From Thermoplasmatota archaeon (lineage in GTDB: Archaea > Thermoplasmatota > UBA186 > UBA287), in assembly GCA_034190325.1 (NCBI GenBank), contig JAXHST010000006.1, positions 1 to 32,000 of the forward strand: a stretch of 32,000 bases of DNA. Direction: 5' to 3'. A model generated the notes under the pieces. That model was not told where the DNA came from. It ran no database searches and saw only the letters and a list, made by a program, of their open reading frames with translations. Every line of letters begins with the position of its first letter. The stretch's first letter is position 1. The translations under genes were made by a program, and so were the position numbers. Below, piece after piece: positions 8,424 to 18,700 of this stretch.

Positions 8424-10045
8424 TAACAGCAGACCTTTTGAACGAGGCTATAAGCAGAAACCCCCATCTGGGTGAGTATCTACGCAGATATGAGCAGCAG
8501 TATGGTGTTACACCGGAGTTCCATGAACAATTGACCTATGATATGAGATACCTGAAAACTCCGAACATGATATACCCGGTGGGGGATCCCATTTTCATTC
8601 ATATCCATACAGATACTTCATCCGAAGAGATCCGGTATACCGCAATAGAGCCCCAGCTGAGCGAAGAGGCTGAGAGCAAAAGGAAGAGGATAATGGGCTA
8701 TATCTATGATAAGGTGCCCGAGGTGGACTTTGAGAAGGAGACGGATATAAGGAGTATTATACTGAGGCTCTATGATGAGGCTGTTTCTGCAAAGAGATCC
8801 TTTTTTAAGAGAGGTAGTATACACGTCAGCAAAGAGGAATATGAGCTGATAAAGTACTACATCCAGAGGGATACCCTGGAGCACGGAAAGCTTCAGCCGC
8901 TGATGAAGGATCCCTACATTGAGGATATACACTGCATAGGTCTAGATCCAATACACCTCAACCACAAAATATTTCAGATGGTGGAGACGAACATCAGCTT
9001 CACAAGCTGGGAGGATCTCGATGAATATCTGAAGATGCTTGGGGAGAAGGTAGGAAGCCCCGTCTCTGAGGGGCACCCTATAATCGATGCAGCCATGCCC
9101 GATGGCTCCCGACTGAATGTGGTCTACTCAAAGGACGTGAGTATAAGGGGCTCCAGTTTTACCATAAGAAAGTTCGCTGAGGAAGCAATAAGCGTAACCC
9201 AGCTCATAAAGTTTGGAACTTTAAGCGCAGAGGTTGCTGCCTATGTGTGGTTATGTTTGGAAAATGACACGAGCCTCTTCATGTGCGGTGAAACAGCAAG
9301 CGGTAAGACAACGACGCTCAATGCAATAATTCCTTTCATACCATCTGATGCAAAGATCTATAGCGTGGAAGAAACGCCAGAGCTTCATATCCCGCATGAA
9401 ACATGGCAGCAGATGTTAACAAGGGATACAGGGCAGGAGCAGGGCAATGTGACAATGTTTGATCTCCTGAAGGCTGCTCTGCGTTCAAGACCACACTATG
9501 TTATAGTTGGTGAGATCAGGGGACCTGAGGGCGCTATAGCCTTTCAAGCAATGCAGACAGGGCACCCTGTCCTATCAACATTCCATGCTTCATCAGTAAG
9601 AAAGATGATCCAGAGGCTTAGCGGGAGCCCCATCAACGTTCCTATACAGTTTATGGACCTGTTAAATGCAGCAATATTCCAGCAGATAGTCTATGTGAAG
9701 GGAGTCCTTGAGAGGAGAGTCACAAGCGTTGAAGAGGTCATAGGTTATTCCAGAGAGAGCCAGGGGGTGGTAACAAGAAAGATATTTTCTTATGATCCTG
9801 CTAGAGATGAGCACAGGTTTGATGGGCTCTTCAATTCCGCTGTGCTTGAAACAAAGATAGCCCCACGTTACGGAATAGAGGATCCTAGAGAGGTATATGC
9901 TTTGCTTGAAAAGAGGGCAAAGATACTTCAGTTGCTTGCTGATGCCAATATAGTGAGCTACAGGAGGGTTACACAGCTAATGAATGATTATCGTAGAGAG
10001 GGTGACAAAGCTCTGCCAGTCGAGATAAGAGCGCAGGTGCGTTGA
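8420..10045 (+). CDS. arlI: archaellum motor ATPase ArlI (FlaI), type II/IV secretion ATPase family
   Basis: 541-aa ORF. Walker A GETASGKTTTLNA, then VGEIRGPEG and the His-box region TGHPVLSTFHA. ATGA overlap with arlH. Confidence 0.95.
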   Translation: MITADLLNEAISRNPHLGEYLRRYEQQYGVTPEFHEQLTYDMRYLKTPNMIYPVGDPIFIHIHTDTSSEEIRYTAIEPQLSEEAESKRKRIMGYIYDKVPEVDFEKETDIRSIILRLYDEAVSAKRSFFKRGSIHVSKEEYELIKYYIQRDTLEHGKLQPLMKDPYIEDIHCIGLDPIHLNHKIFQMVETNISFTSWEDLDEYLKMLGEKVGSPVSEGHPIIDAAMPDGSRLNVVYSKDVSIRGSSFTIRKFAEEAISVTQLIKFGTLSAEVAAYVWLCLENDTSLFMCGETASGKTTTLNAIIPFIPSDAKIYSVEETPELHIPHETWQQMLTRDTGQEQGNVTMFDLLKAALRSRPHYVIVGEIRGPEGAIAFQAMQTGHPVLSTFHASSVRKMIQRLSGSPINVPIQFMDLLNAAIFQQIVYVKGVLERRVTSVEEVIGYSRESQGVVTRKIFSYDPARDEHRFDGLFNSAVLETKIAPRYGIEDPREVYALLEKRAKILQLLADANIVSYRRVTQLMNDYRREGDKALPVEIRAQVR

Positions 10046-10046
10046 A

Positions 10047-11705
10047 ATGAATGGCGCAAATGCATACAAGGTTATGAAGAAAGATTCTTTCAGTTATAAC
10101 CTTCTCTACACTCTGCCTGTTGCTCTGGTTACATTCCTTCTTGCTTTTTATGTTATGTTTCTCGGTTATGGTCTTGTCTATTCTGTACTTTTCATAATCC
10201 TAGCAGCAGTATGCACACTCTTTGTTGCCCTTTATCCATTCATGAACGCGTATGTGAGAAACAATCAGATAAACAATCTCATGCCCTTAATTATAACCCA
10301 CTTAGCTACGCTCTCTACCTCCCCCATGAACAGGGACCAGATAATAGACGAAATAATAGAGAGAAAAGAATATGGGCCTGCTGTTGAAGAGTTCATGAGG
10401 GTAAATGAGCTTACAAAGAATTTAAATATAAGCTTTGCTGATGCCTGCAGGATTCAGGCAAAAAGGACCACAAGCCAGACTATGGCTGACTTTTTTGACA
10501 GGCTCGCTAACTCAGCAGATGCAGGGGAGCGGTTCTCCACATTTCTGAATAACGAGCAGCGGTCAGCTTTTCAAATCTATGAGATAGCGTATGCTGGCTC
10601 TATAAACACGCTAGATCTCACAAAAGAGGTTTACATAAGTGCGATATCTTCCATACTATTTATGCTCATAATGCTGTGTATCCTTCCATTCATTCAGGCA
10701 GCTCCGATAACTATGTATGTAATGCTATCAATAATCCTCTTCCTGGTAACCATCCTGTGTCTTGTTTTTGGGGTGAGGCTAATTCTGCCAGCGGATCCCA
10801 TATGGGTACAAAACCGGAAAAAGACAGAGGTTGATAGAAGGATAAAGCTTTACTCTGCGATATCAATTCCTTTTTGCTTTGTGGTTTTTTTCATCTTTGC
10901 CTACCTCTTACCTTTTATCCCCCTACAGATTGATGTTGCCGCAGCACTAACGCCACCCATTTTCTGTGGTTATTATGCGAGAAAGGAGCAGGCAAAGGTA
11001 AACAACAGGGATGAAAACTATCCAACATTCATAAGGGCTGTAGGAAGCACCGCAGGGGTTGTTAAGAAGATAGAGGGTTCTATAGAAAGGCTGAGCACCC
11101 ACGAGTTCGGGAATCTGAGTGAGATGATAAGCAATTTGAATAAAAGGCTGAAAACCAAGATAAAAGCTACCGAAGATCCGTGGCATACCTTCGGCAGAGA
11201 GAGTGGTAGCTACCTCATATACGAATTCACACACATGTTTGCTTCCTCAATAGATGCGGGAAGTGATATAGCTAAGGGAGCTATAACAATAAATAACAAT
11301 TTCCTGAGTATCCTGGGCATGAGAAAGAAGCGCTTCCAGTCAGCCGCAGGTTATAGATGGGTTGTCTATGGTGTTGGTGTTAGCGTAGGCATAGTTTTTT
11401 CCATAGCATTCAGCGTTATTTTTATGATGCAGGATCTTTATGGCATGGTCTCTGCATCTACATTTTCAACCGAGTACCTGGGGAGCATGTTCACCGCTAC
11501 AGCACCCCTTCCCTACATAATGAAGCCCATAGCATCAATAATAATCATAGTTGCATATTCCATAGCTGGTGCATTTGTGATAAAGGATTCTGAGAGTGGC
11601 AGGGATGCCACAATGTTTGTTGACGTGGTAGGGATAGCATGGCTTTTAGCCATCTCCTGGGTTATCAGTGATGTCGTCATGAGCTGGGCTACTGCAGGAA
11701 TATGA
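10047..11705 (+). CDS. arlJ: archaellum membrane platform protein ArlJ (FlaJ)
   Basis: 552-aa polytopic membrane ORF directly after arlI. Shows the two-repeat FlaJ/TadC-like organisation, with cytoplasmic domains between TM bundles. Confidence 0.85.
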   Translation: MNGANAYKVMKKDSFSYNLLYTLPVALVTFLLAFYVMFLGYGLVYSVLFIILAAVCTLFVALYPFMNAYVRNNQINNLMPLIITHLATLSTSPMNRDQIIDEIIERKEYGPAVEEFMRVNELTKNLNISFADACRIQAKRTTSQTMADFFDRLANSADAGERFSTFLNNEQRSAFQIYEIAYAGSINTLDLTKEVYISAISSILFMLIMLCILPFIQAAPITMYVMLSIILFLVTILCLVFGVRLILPADPIWVQNRKKTEVDRRIKLYSAISIPFCFVVFFIFAYLLPFIPLQIDVAAALTPPIFCGYYARKEQAKVNNRDENYPTFIRAVGSTAGVVKKIEGSIERLSTHEFGNLSEMISNLNKRLKTKIKATEDPWHTFGRESGSYLIYEFTHMFASSIDAGSDIAKGAITINNNFLSILGMRKKRFQSAAGYRWVVYGVGVSVGIVFSIAFSVIFMMQDLYGMVSASTFSTEYLGSMFTATAPLPYIMKPIASIIIIVAYSIAGAFVIKDSESGRDATMFVDVVGIAWLLAISWVISDVVMSWATAGI

Positions 11706-12397
11706 AGGTCGTTGGTATAAGAGTCAAGGATGAGCGCACGTATAAAAAGATAGCTAAGGAGCTTGAGGCTTTGAACATTCCATTCATAAATCTCAACAGA
11801 GTTCCCAGCGCAGACATTGCGATAGTTCTAACAGATGATCAGGGTAAAGGTATATCCGTTGGCAGGAATGTTAAAAGAGCCATAAGGGGGTGTCTTCGAG
11901 CTTATAGCGGGAGATTTAGAGAGATAGTTATAGGCATCGATCCTGGACCAAGACCAGGGATAGCTGTTTTCGGGGATGAAAGGGAGATCTACAGTTGCAT
12001 AGCAGAGAGCCCTGAGAAGGCTGCTGCATTTGTAAAGAAAATAACAGAGATGTATGAGCATGAATCGTGCGTTATAAGGATAGGTGATGGGGCAAAAGTT
12101 TATAGAAATAGAATAATAAACAGGCTGCTCCCTCTGAGGATAGAGATTGTGGATGAAAGGAGAACAAGTGGGATGCACATGGAGTCAGCAAAAAAGATAG
12201 CATTTCTGAATGGTACAGTTATAAAAGAAGAGATCAGGCAAGAGTTTGAAGAAGGTGAGCTGAAGGAGATACAGAACGAGAGCAGGAGCATCTCCGGGAT
12301 AACGATCTCTAAAGAATTAGCAAAAGAGGTTGCTGAGGGGAAGATAGATATGAAAAAAGCTATAAAAAAACAAAACAAAAGGAGGAAAAATAAATGA
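11702..12397 (+). CDS. RNase-H-fold (RuvC/YqgF-like) putative nuclease with Lys-rich tail
   Basis: 231-aa ORF with an ATGA overlap with arlJ. VIGIDPGPRPGIAVFGD resembles the first acidic motif of RuvC/YqgF. VDERRTS resembles the YqgF DERxT motif. C-terminal tail is KKAIKKQNKRRKNK. Confidence 0.45.
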   Translation: MKVVGIRVKDERTYKKIAKELEALNIPFINLNRVPSADIAIVLTDDQGKGISVGRNVKRAIRGCLRAYSGRFREIVIGIDPGPRPGIAVFGDEREIYSCIAESPEKAAAFVKKITEMYEHESCVIRIGDGAKVYRNRIINRLLPLRIEIVDERRTSGMHMESAKKIAFLNGTVIKEEIRQEFEEGELKEIQNESRSISGITISKELAKEVAEGKIDMKKAIKKQNKRRKNK

Positions 12398-13191
12398 AAT
12401 TGATAATAGCCAGTGCTGTTGATGAGGCAAGCATGAACATAAGGAGAGAGCTCCTGAAAGATTTCGAGGAGAGCGATGGCTATTTTGTGCATAAAGATAC
12501 AGAGAGCGTGGCTCTCATGGATATAAAGGATATGCACATCTACCATGATAATGTTGATAAGGAGTTTGAGGAGCTCAGTGGCATTAAGCCAGAGCTTGTT
12601 GTCTTCATATCAAAGCACAGCAGCGAGCGAGCCATAGAGACAATAACTGTCCATCCTGTGGGAAATTATGATAAAGCTTCTCTGGGAGGCAAGGATTTTT
12701 GTGTTGTGCAATCAGAGCCTTATTATATGACAAATACGCTGCGCAACATGCTTGCTACAGGCTTCAGAGCGTCCTTCGAATGCACCCACCATGGCCCTTA
12801 TCTGGAGAGCCCTACATTTTTTGCGGAAATAGGAAGCGATGAAGAGGCATGGAATGATAAAGAAAAAGCAAAGGCTGTTGCAGGATCCCTGCTGAGAGCT
12901 CTTCTATCAGAGCGCAGGGAGCGCATGGAAGCGATAGCGATAGGCGGGGGGCATTATATGCCAGCTCCAACAGCTCTGGCATCGAGAAAGTCAATATCCT
13001 TCGGGCATATGGTGCCAAACTATCATATGAATAACTGCAGAAGAGCCATAGAGATTATATTAGAAAAAGAGGATGTGAGGTATGCGTACATGGACAAAAA
13101 GGCTGTTAAAAAGAACTTTGATCTCTATGATATAAGAAAGATCCTGCATGATTTTGGCATTGAGGAGATAGAGAGTAAAAAGGTACCATAA
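12394..13191 (+). CDS. dtdA: archaeal-type D-aminoacyl-tRNA deacylase (DTD2)
   Basis: 265-aa ORF. MKLIIASAVDEASMNI, ISKHSSE, TVHPVGN, ECTHHGP, GGGHYMP and FGHMVPNY match the DTD2/GEK1 family pattern. Confidence 0.85.
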   Translation: MKLIIASAVDEASMNIRRELLKDFEESDGYFVHKDTESVALMDIKDMHIYHDNVDKEFEELSGIKPELVVFISKHSSERAIETITVHPVGNYDKASLGGKDFCVVQSEPYYMTNTLRNMLATGFRASFECTHHGPYLESPTFFAEIGSDEEAWNDKEKAKAVAGSLLRALLSERRERMEAIAIGGGHYMPAPTALASRKSISFGHMVPNYHMNNCRRAIEIILEKEDVRYAYMDKKAVKKNFDLYDIRKILHDFGIEEIESKKVP

Positions 13192-13249
13192 AGGCTATTA
13201 TCGCTCTTCTATATCTTTTGCTGCGTTATGCAGAGCATTTAGCTTGAAT

Positions 13250-13800
13250 AAGATATAAGGACAAGGCAAAGCTCGTATAGCAGGGTCGATACGGTGAATA
13301 AAGCTATCGCCAGAGCTGTTAGAAGAAATATTCCTCATAGTAGCAATAGTTCTGGGAGGTGACTGTATAGTTTCTCCAGGCATTGTTGCAGGAATTGATG
13401 CCAAGTGCTATTGGCTTGATGCACATAGAGACTTTAACACCCCGAGCACCAGCGAGACATGATGCCTAGAGTGTATGTCCTTAGCTATCCTGGCACGCGA
13501 TGTCACAGAGATCTTTTGACCAACAAAGCCCTGTGCGGGAATAGATCATATTCCTTATAGAGTTGGGGCTTTGGATCCTGGGAGAGAGGCTCTTGATAGT
13601 TCAGAGGTAAAAACTCCCGGAAAGATCCCCAAAGTTAAAACAGGTATGAAGTCTTATCTACATATGTTCTAAATTTCAGCATAGCCTGGATTTTAAAGCT
13701 CCGAATGGCTTTTCATTAACGGACGTTGGTGGATAATTGAGCAGAGATCACAAACATAAATGTGCGGCGCTGACCCCCCATAACTCTGACGCAGTATAGG
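13250..13800 (+). pseudogene. arginase/agmatinase (ureohydrolase) family gene remnant
   Basis: The frame containing IVLGGDCIVSPGIVAGIDAKCYWLDAHRDFNTPSTSET matches the GGDH and DAHxD manganese-site motifs. It hits TGA at 13460-13462, then reads CMSLAILARD, then TGA at 13517-13519, then YRVGALDPGREALDSSEVK, then TAA at 13670-13672. After a frameshift it reads SLDFKAPNGFSLTDVGG, a stop, then CAALTPHNSDAV. The N-terminal portion is missing. Confidence 0.65.
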
Positions 13801-13804
13801 GGAT

Positions 13805-14734
13805 CTATCTTTTAGCCCTTTCTTTCAGTTTGTTTATGTTCGGCATCGCTGCTGGATCAACGCCCCGCAGCTCCGCTAAATAATAGGTGGTGAAGTCTAT
13901 GAAATAGAGGGCTTTGAATAGCTTTTCCAGATCGCTTTTTCCATAAAGCTCCATCTTCAGCACATCGCATCTCTCTCCCATTATGTCCATAGCCTCTTCG
14001 CATCCATCTATCGATATAACGATGTAATCTCTGAAGTTGTTGTGGAATGATTCTATTTCATTGTGGTTGAGCTCAGGAAAGTAGTTGCAGAAAGCTCTCG
14101 CTTTGCAGTTCTCGTTGATCTGCTGCTTGAAGCGAAGCGCTAAAGAGGCAAACGGATATGCGCCATATACCAAAGGAATCCTCTCCCCTATCCTCTTTGC
14201 CATGAGTTTTGCCTCCCCTCTCTTTTCTTTTACCTCTTCAAGCCATTGTGGTAGCTCTGCTGGTAGATCATAAAAGAGACCTAGAGCAGGAACAAGCATG
14301 CAAAATAGTGCTTGTCTGGGTAAAAAGCCCTGGGGCACCCTTATCACTTCTTTGCCTCTTTCCGCTAAAGCTCCCCCGCTGGTTATGCAGATCTTTCTTC
14401 CTCTGCTACGCTCAAAGGCCTCCAGGGTTTCCCTGGTGTTGCCGGAGTAGCTTATGACCAGATGCAGGGTCTTTTCATCACAGAATTTCGGCATGAGAGC
14501 GCTCTTGCTTACCGTTATTGGCTTATCAATCTTATCGTAAAGGAACTCCTGCACTATTGAGCCGACAACCCCGGATCCACCTAAACCAGAAATGAGAATA
14601 TTATTAAAGCCCCCCTGCACTCTTTTACATAGCTCCATTGCGTTTTTTGCCTGCTCAGGCTCTTTTTCTAAAACTTCAGAGAATCCCATATCTATCAATA
14701 CCGGAGGATCTGTATATCTCTCTGTTGTTATCAA
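13805..14734 (-). CDS. bifunctional phosphoglucose/phosphomannose isomerase (SIS domain)
   Basis: 309-aa ORF. Contains ILISGLGGSGVVGS, VISYSGNTRETL and ITSGG, with the C-terminal NENCKA ... ELNHNEIE pattern of the crenarchaeal/Thermoplasma PGI/PMI family. The start is uncertain: Met16 at 14689 would reduce the overlap with apbE. Confidence 0.8.
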   Translation of the reverse strand: MITTERYTDPPVLIDMGFSEVLEKEPEQAKNAMELCKRVQGGFNNILISGLGGSGVVGSIVQEFLYDKIDKPITVSKSALMPKFCDEKTLHLVISYSGNTRETLEAFERSRGRKICITSGGALAERGKEVIRVPQGFLPRQALFCMLVPALGLFYDLPAELPQWLEEVKEKRGEAKLMAKRIGERIPLVYGAYPFASLALRFKQQINENCKARAFCNYFPELNHNEIESFHNNFRDYIVISIDGCEEAMDIMGERCDVLKMELYGKSDLEKLFKALYFIDFTTYYLAELRGVDPAAMPNINKLKERAKR

Positions 14735-15710
14735 TTATCAAAGCTTCTACGTTGCTTAAAGATTCCACAAGCTTCATGCCCTCCTCTGGCCCCAAAACAA
14801 AAACGCTGGTTGATAGAGCGTCCGCAGCCGTAGCATTTTCAGCGATTATCGTTACGCTTATGCAGGGGCTTGCTGAGAATCCTGTTCTTGGATCCATTAT
14901 GTGGTGTACGCTCTTGTCAGGATTAAAGTAGCGCTCATAGTTGCCTGAGGTGCTTATCGAAGCATTTGTGATCTCAAATGTTGTGATGGATTGCGAAGTG
15001 TTTTCCGGGTTTGTGAGACCTATGCGCCATGGGCTATTTCTTTTCGGGTTCGTGCCAAGGCAGTACTCCTGCCCACCGAGCCTTATAAGGGCGCTCTCAA
15101 TGTTGTGCTCTCTCAATATATTTACAGCCTCATCCAGCGCATAGCCCTTTCCTATGCCCCCGAAATCCACCTCCATCCCTTCTTGCAGATAGATGCTTCT
15201 TCCTTTTATGATTACCTTATCAGCGCCAACAAACTGCATTGCCCTTTCTACAGCTTCTTTCTGCTCCTCAATGCTCTTCTCCCATAGCCCCGAGCTCCAG
15301 AGCTCCAGGATAGGTTTTATGGTTATGTCAAATGCGCCTCCAGTTATGTTGTAGTAGTAGAGAGACTGCTCCAGAACGTATAGAAGTTCATCAGAAGCAT
15401 TTTCTATGTATTTGTATTTATTAAGTTTATAAGCCTCTGAATTTTTATCGTATACAGACATAATAGACTCTATTTCTCTCCACCTCTCTTCTATCTCATC
15501 CATAGTCTTTTCGGCATCTGATCTGCCAAGAAGCTTATCTATAAAGCCTGCAGGTTCGTAGATCTCCATGTTGGCGGTCGTGTCCATTATGCCATTTATA
15601 TTCCTATCAAATTTTTTTGGTTGTTCTATAGAGACTGAGTGCGGAATCGCAGCTATTATCGCAATCGTAATTATCAATGCTAGCCCTAACGCTGCTGTTC
15701 TTAAATTCAT
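14676..15710 (-). CDS. apbE: FAD:protein FMN transferase (ApbE family), membrane-anchored
   Basis: 344-aa ORF. Contains GGAFDITIKPILELW, DFGGIGKGYALDEA, SISTSGNYERYF and HHIMDPRTGF. N-terminal TM helix. Confidence 0.85.
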   Translation of the reverse strand: MNLRTAALGLALIITIAIIAAIPHSVSIEQPKKFDRNINGIMDTTANMEIYEPAGFIDKLLGRSDAEKTMDEIEERWREIESIMSVYDKNSEAYKLNKYKYIENASDELLYVLEQSLYYYNITGGAFDITIKPILELWSSGLWEKSIEEQKEAVERAMQFVGADKVIIKGRSIYLQEGMEVDFGGIGKGYALDEAVNILREHNIESALIRLGGQEYCLGTNPKRNSPWRIGLTNPENTSQSITTFEITNASISTSGNYERYFNPDKSVHHIMDPRTGFSASPCISVTIIAENATAADALSTSVFVLGPEEGMKLVESLSNVEALIIDNNREIYRSSGIDRYGIL

Positions 15711-15747
15711 GCTCCCAATCTTCTTTCTACCTTAAATACAATGCCCT

Positions 15748-18700
15748 TTAGATAGGCTGTTGTGTCTGGTTCGACGGCAATCCCCCCGTCATCCCTGCCA
15801 GGTTTGGGATCTGCGATTGTAGCTGTTGAGATAGCCCTGGGTAATACACCATAGGTATCTCCAGTTCACTCGTTTTCCCAGCATCTATCACTACAGAGCC
15901 CTGCCCCATATAATCCCCGCTTATCACATTTATCGTGTAGGTTCCAACATCTAAGGATAGGGTAAACCTGCCACTCTCATCTGTTGTTGCTGTTGCTGAC
16001 ATCTGCTGCGGTGTGGAGTATACAAGCGCAGTAGCATTTTTTGCCTCTTCTCCATCATCAAAAACGGTGTTGTTATTCGCATCCATGAAAGCTGTGCTCT
16101 TTAGCGTTCCCTTAAACTCTTTTGCCTCCGTGTGCACATCCATCTCTATTCTGGCGCGATCCATTGCCTGCTCAAAACTAACATTCACTTCACTCTCAGC
16201 TATTGCACCACCGTTCTGTGTCACTGCTATCTTAAGATCTCCTTCAGGAGCTACTAAGGTAAAGCTCCCATCACCTTCAGTACTGGTAGAATCATGCATC
16301 ACCCCATTTTCGTCCCTTATCCCTACCGTGATGCCGGACAGTGGTAGGCCGTTGTAATCATAAACCTTTCCCTCGATGATGGCCCCAGGATAATACCTCG
16401 CTACTGTTACGTAATCGTTATCAGAGATGATAGTTTTGAAGTGCTTCATTCCATATGCAGGAGCTCTGCCTTGGTATATTAAGTACTCGCCATCAAGCCC
16501 TGGCATCTCCTGAGGCGGTAACCCTATATGGAGCCTGTAGATTGTTGAATTCACAAGCTTATCGGTCATTGTTGTCATTATGTGCTGTGTTACATATCCT
16601 TCTTCTCTATTCTCTCTCACGTATCTGAGCGCCTCTTCCTCATTTAGAACTGTAAAAGAACCAGAAGGGTCTGAGATAGTGCGATAGCTTTTCATCCATT
16701 GTTCCTGTGGTATTACAGCACCTCTCTGCCCATAGAGGATAGCCCACAACGCGTTAATGAAATCACTCTCGTTGAAGCCCGAAAGTCTCACAATAGCACC
16801 TACTACATTTGGGATTATTACTATATATGGGGGCATCTGCCCGAATTCAAACTCTCTGTATGTTGTCACAAAATACTCTATCGATCTTCCTGTGCTCTCC
16901 TTTATCAGTGCTAAAAGATCTACAGCCTGTTCCTCATTTATATGGGGCGTGTACTCATATTTTATCAGAGCGTCATAAGCCGCTTCAGGCTCTTCTACGC
17001 CCGTAGCTCTGAGAAACTCTATGCCCTGTGCTCTGCTCATCTGTCCTTCGTAGCTCAATAGCCTTGCAGCAACCATCTGAAGAGCATGGGTCTCATTCTG
17101 AGATAAGAAAAAGCGGGATGCCCAGAAATAGCCATTCTGGAAAGGATCCGCAGCAGTTGGATGCTTTCCTATCTGTATATTATAGAACCCGTAATCCCAC
17201 CAGCTTGCAACAGCAGGCCTCTTCTCTATTGCTGAAGGCTCATTGTATTTTTCGGCAAAATTCGCCAGAGCTCCATAGCCTTCAAGCTCTTCTTCACTCA
17301 TGAAAATCTCACCTAGAGCGCCCATAAATCTATCAGAGTACCAGTTTTTGTTCTCACTTTCCCACTCATAGGAGCTTCCTGCATCTATAGCCAGAAGAAC
17401 ATTGGGCAGGAATAGGACGAAGGCTATTATGAGCGCTAACAGCACATGTCTTATCCTTATACTCTTCCTTAAGGCATAGAATCTGCCTGTACGCTTCAAC
17501 CTGTTGAAGTCCTTTTTTATAGCGCCAAAGTTCGCAAAAGACAGGATGTATGCTAGCAGAATACCATTCATTATAGCATAGATAGGGCCAGCATTAAAGA
17601 TGAAGCGAGCGGCGCTTACAGCCATAAAGGTCGCCAGTATAAACCACACACAAAGGAATATGTAATATAGATCCCATTTTTTCCACACATCCCTCATCAC
17701 CAATCCAAGTGCCACAAATGCTGTGAAGAAGGTTGCAGGACCCAGGAGATAAGCAAGGTAACCTACGCCTGGTGGCTGGGCTTCCGCTATTGTTCTATAG
17801 ACGGGGTTACCCCCAAAATAGCCCCATCCTGTTATTATAAGCTCTGCTATATCTGGCATCAAAACATAAAGCACCGCCAGTCCGGCGAGCAGAACGATTA
17901 TAGCACCCGGGAATAAAAGGGTCCAGGGGGTCTTGCGGAGGGTTAGAAATATAAGCGTAGCCAGGAGTGCAGCAAGCAGCACAACAACCGATATCAGCCA
18001 GGCATCCTGTCTTGCTATTGTCATGTAGTACGGCGCTGATAATAATGGGCCGACCAGGAAAGGAATTATTGTTACCAGCGATATCCTCACAGATGATTTT
18101 TTCCTTATGTGGTCTATGAGCTGGACTACGAGCAAATAAAGGAAAAGTATGAGATCCACATAAACAAACCCCTCCCAGGACATCGCAAGGATAGCAAGAA
18201 ATATACCGGAGATCAGCGCGTATTTAACTGCGCTCTTCTCTTCCTGAAGCAGGGCTTTTAAGCTCGGCAACTTTTCGTCTACGCTGCTCTCCTGAACACT
18301 GAGGGCTTTTATTGCCATTACATAGAACAGTATTGTAAGAAGAGCAAAGAAAAGGTTGAAAGAGTCGTAGTCAGCACTTCCTACAGCAGAGGTATTTATG
18401 TGTGTGGCGGTTAACACCAGAAATAGTGCAGCAAACAACCCTTCTCTCTTGCTCTTTTTCTCAGCTATAAAGTAAATCGGAAAGACACAGAGCGCCCCGA
18501 AGATCGCTGGCAGTATATTGAGTGCAGCGATCGCACTGCTCTCTGCACCACCTAAAAGCTTTGCAACCAGCGCTGCTGTGAATGTGAATCCTATGGGCCT
18601 GGGGTTGTGCCAGCCAGATGGGAAGTTTAGCAGAGGATCCCACCTCAGATTCCTTCCGTTCTCTAAGATATATTCCACAACCCTTAGATGATACCACGGA

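Noticed and set aside
13198-13404. 68-aa minus-strand ORF in the dtdA/pgi gap
   Set aside because: It lies antisense to the clearly recognisable ureohydrolase-family remnant on the plus strand. Its composition (Ser/Pro/Ile-rich) is typical of an antisense shadow ORF.
14676-14734. 59-nt overlap between apbE and the PGI/PMI gene as a possible programmed feature
   Set aside because: It is most simply explained by an over-extended PGI/PMI start. Using Met16 at 14689 leaves a 14-nt overlap, which is ordinary for compact archaeal genomes.
16013-17303. Several plus-strand ORFs of 65-114 aa inside aglB, with similar antisense ORFs inside folC, the carboxyltransferase gene, arlI/arlJ and aspS
   Set aside because: All lie antisense to or out of frame with long, motif-supported genes. 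They have low-complexity Ser/Leu/Cys-rich translations, so they were treated as shadow ORFs.
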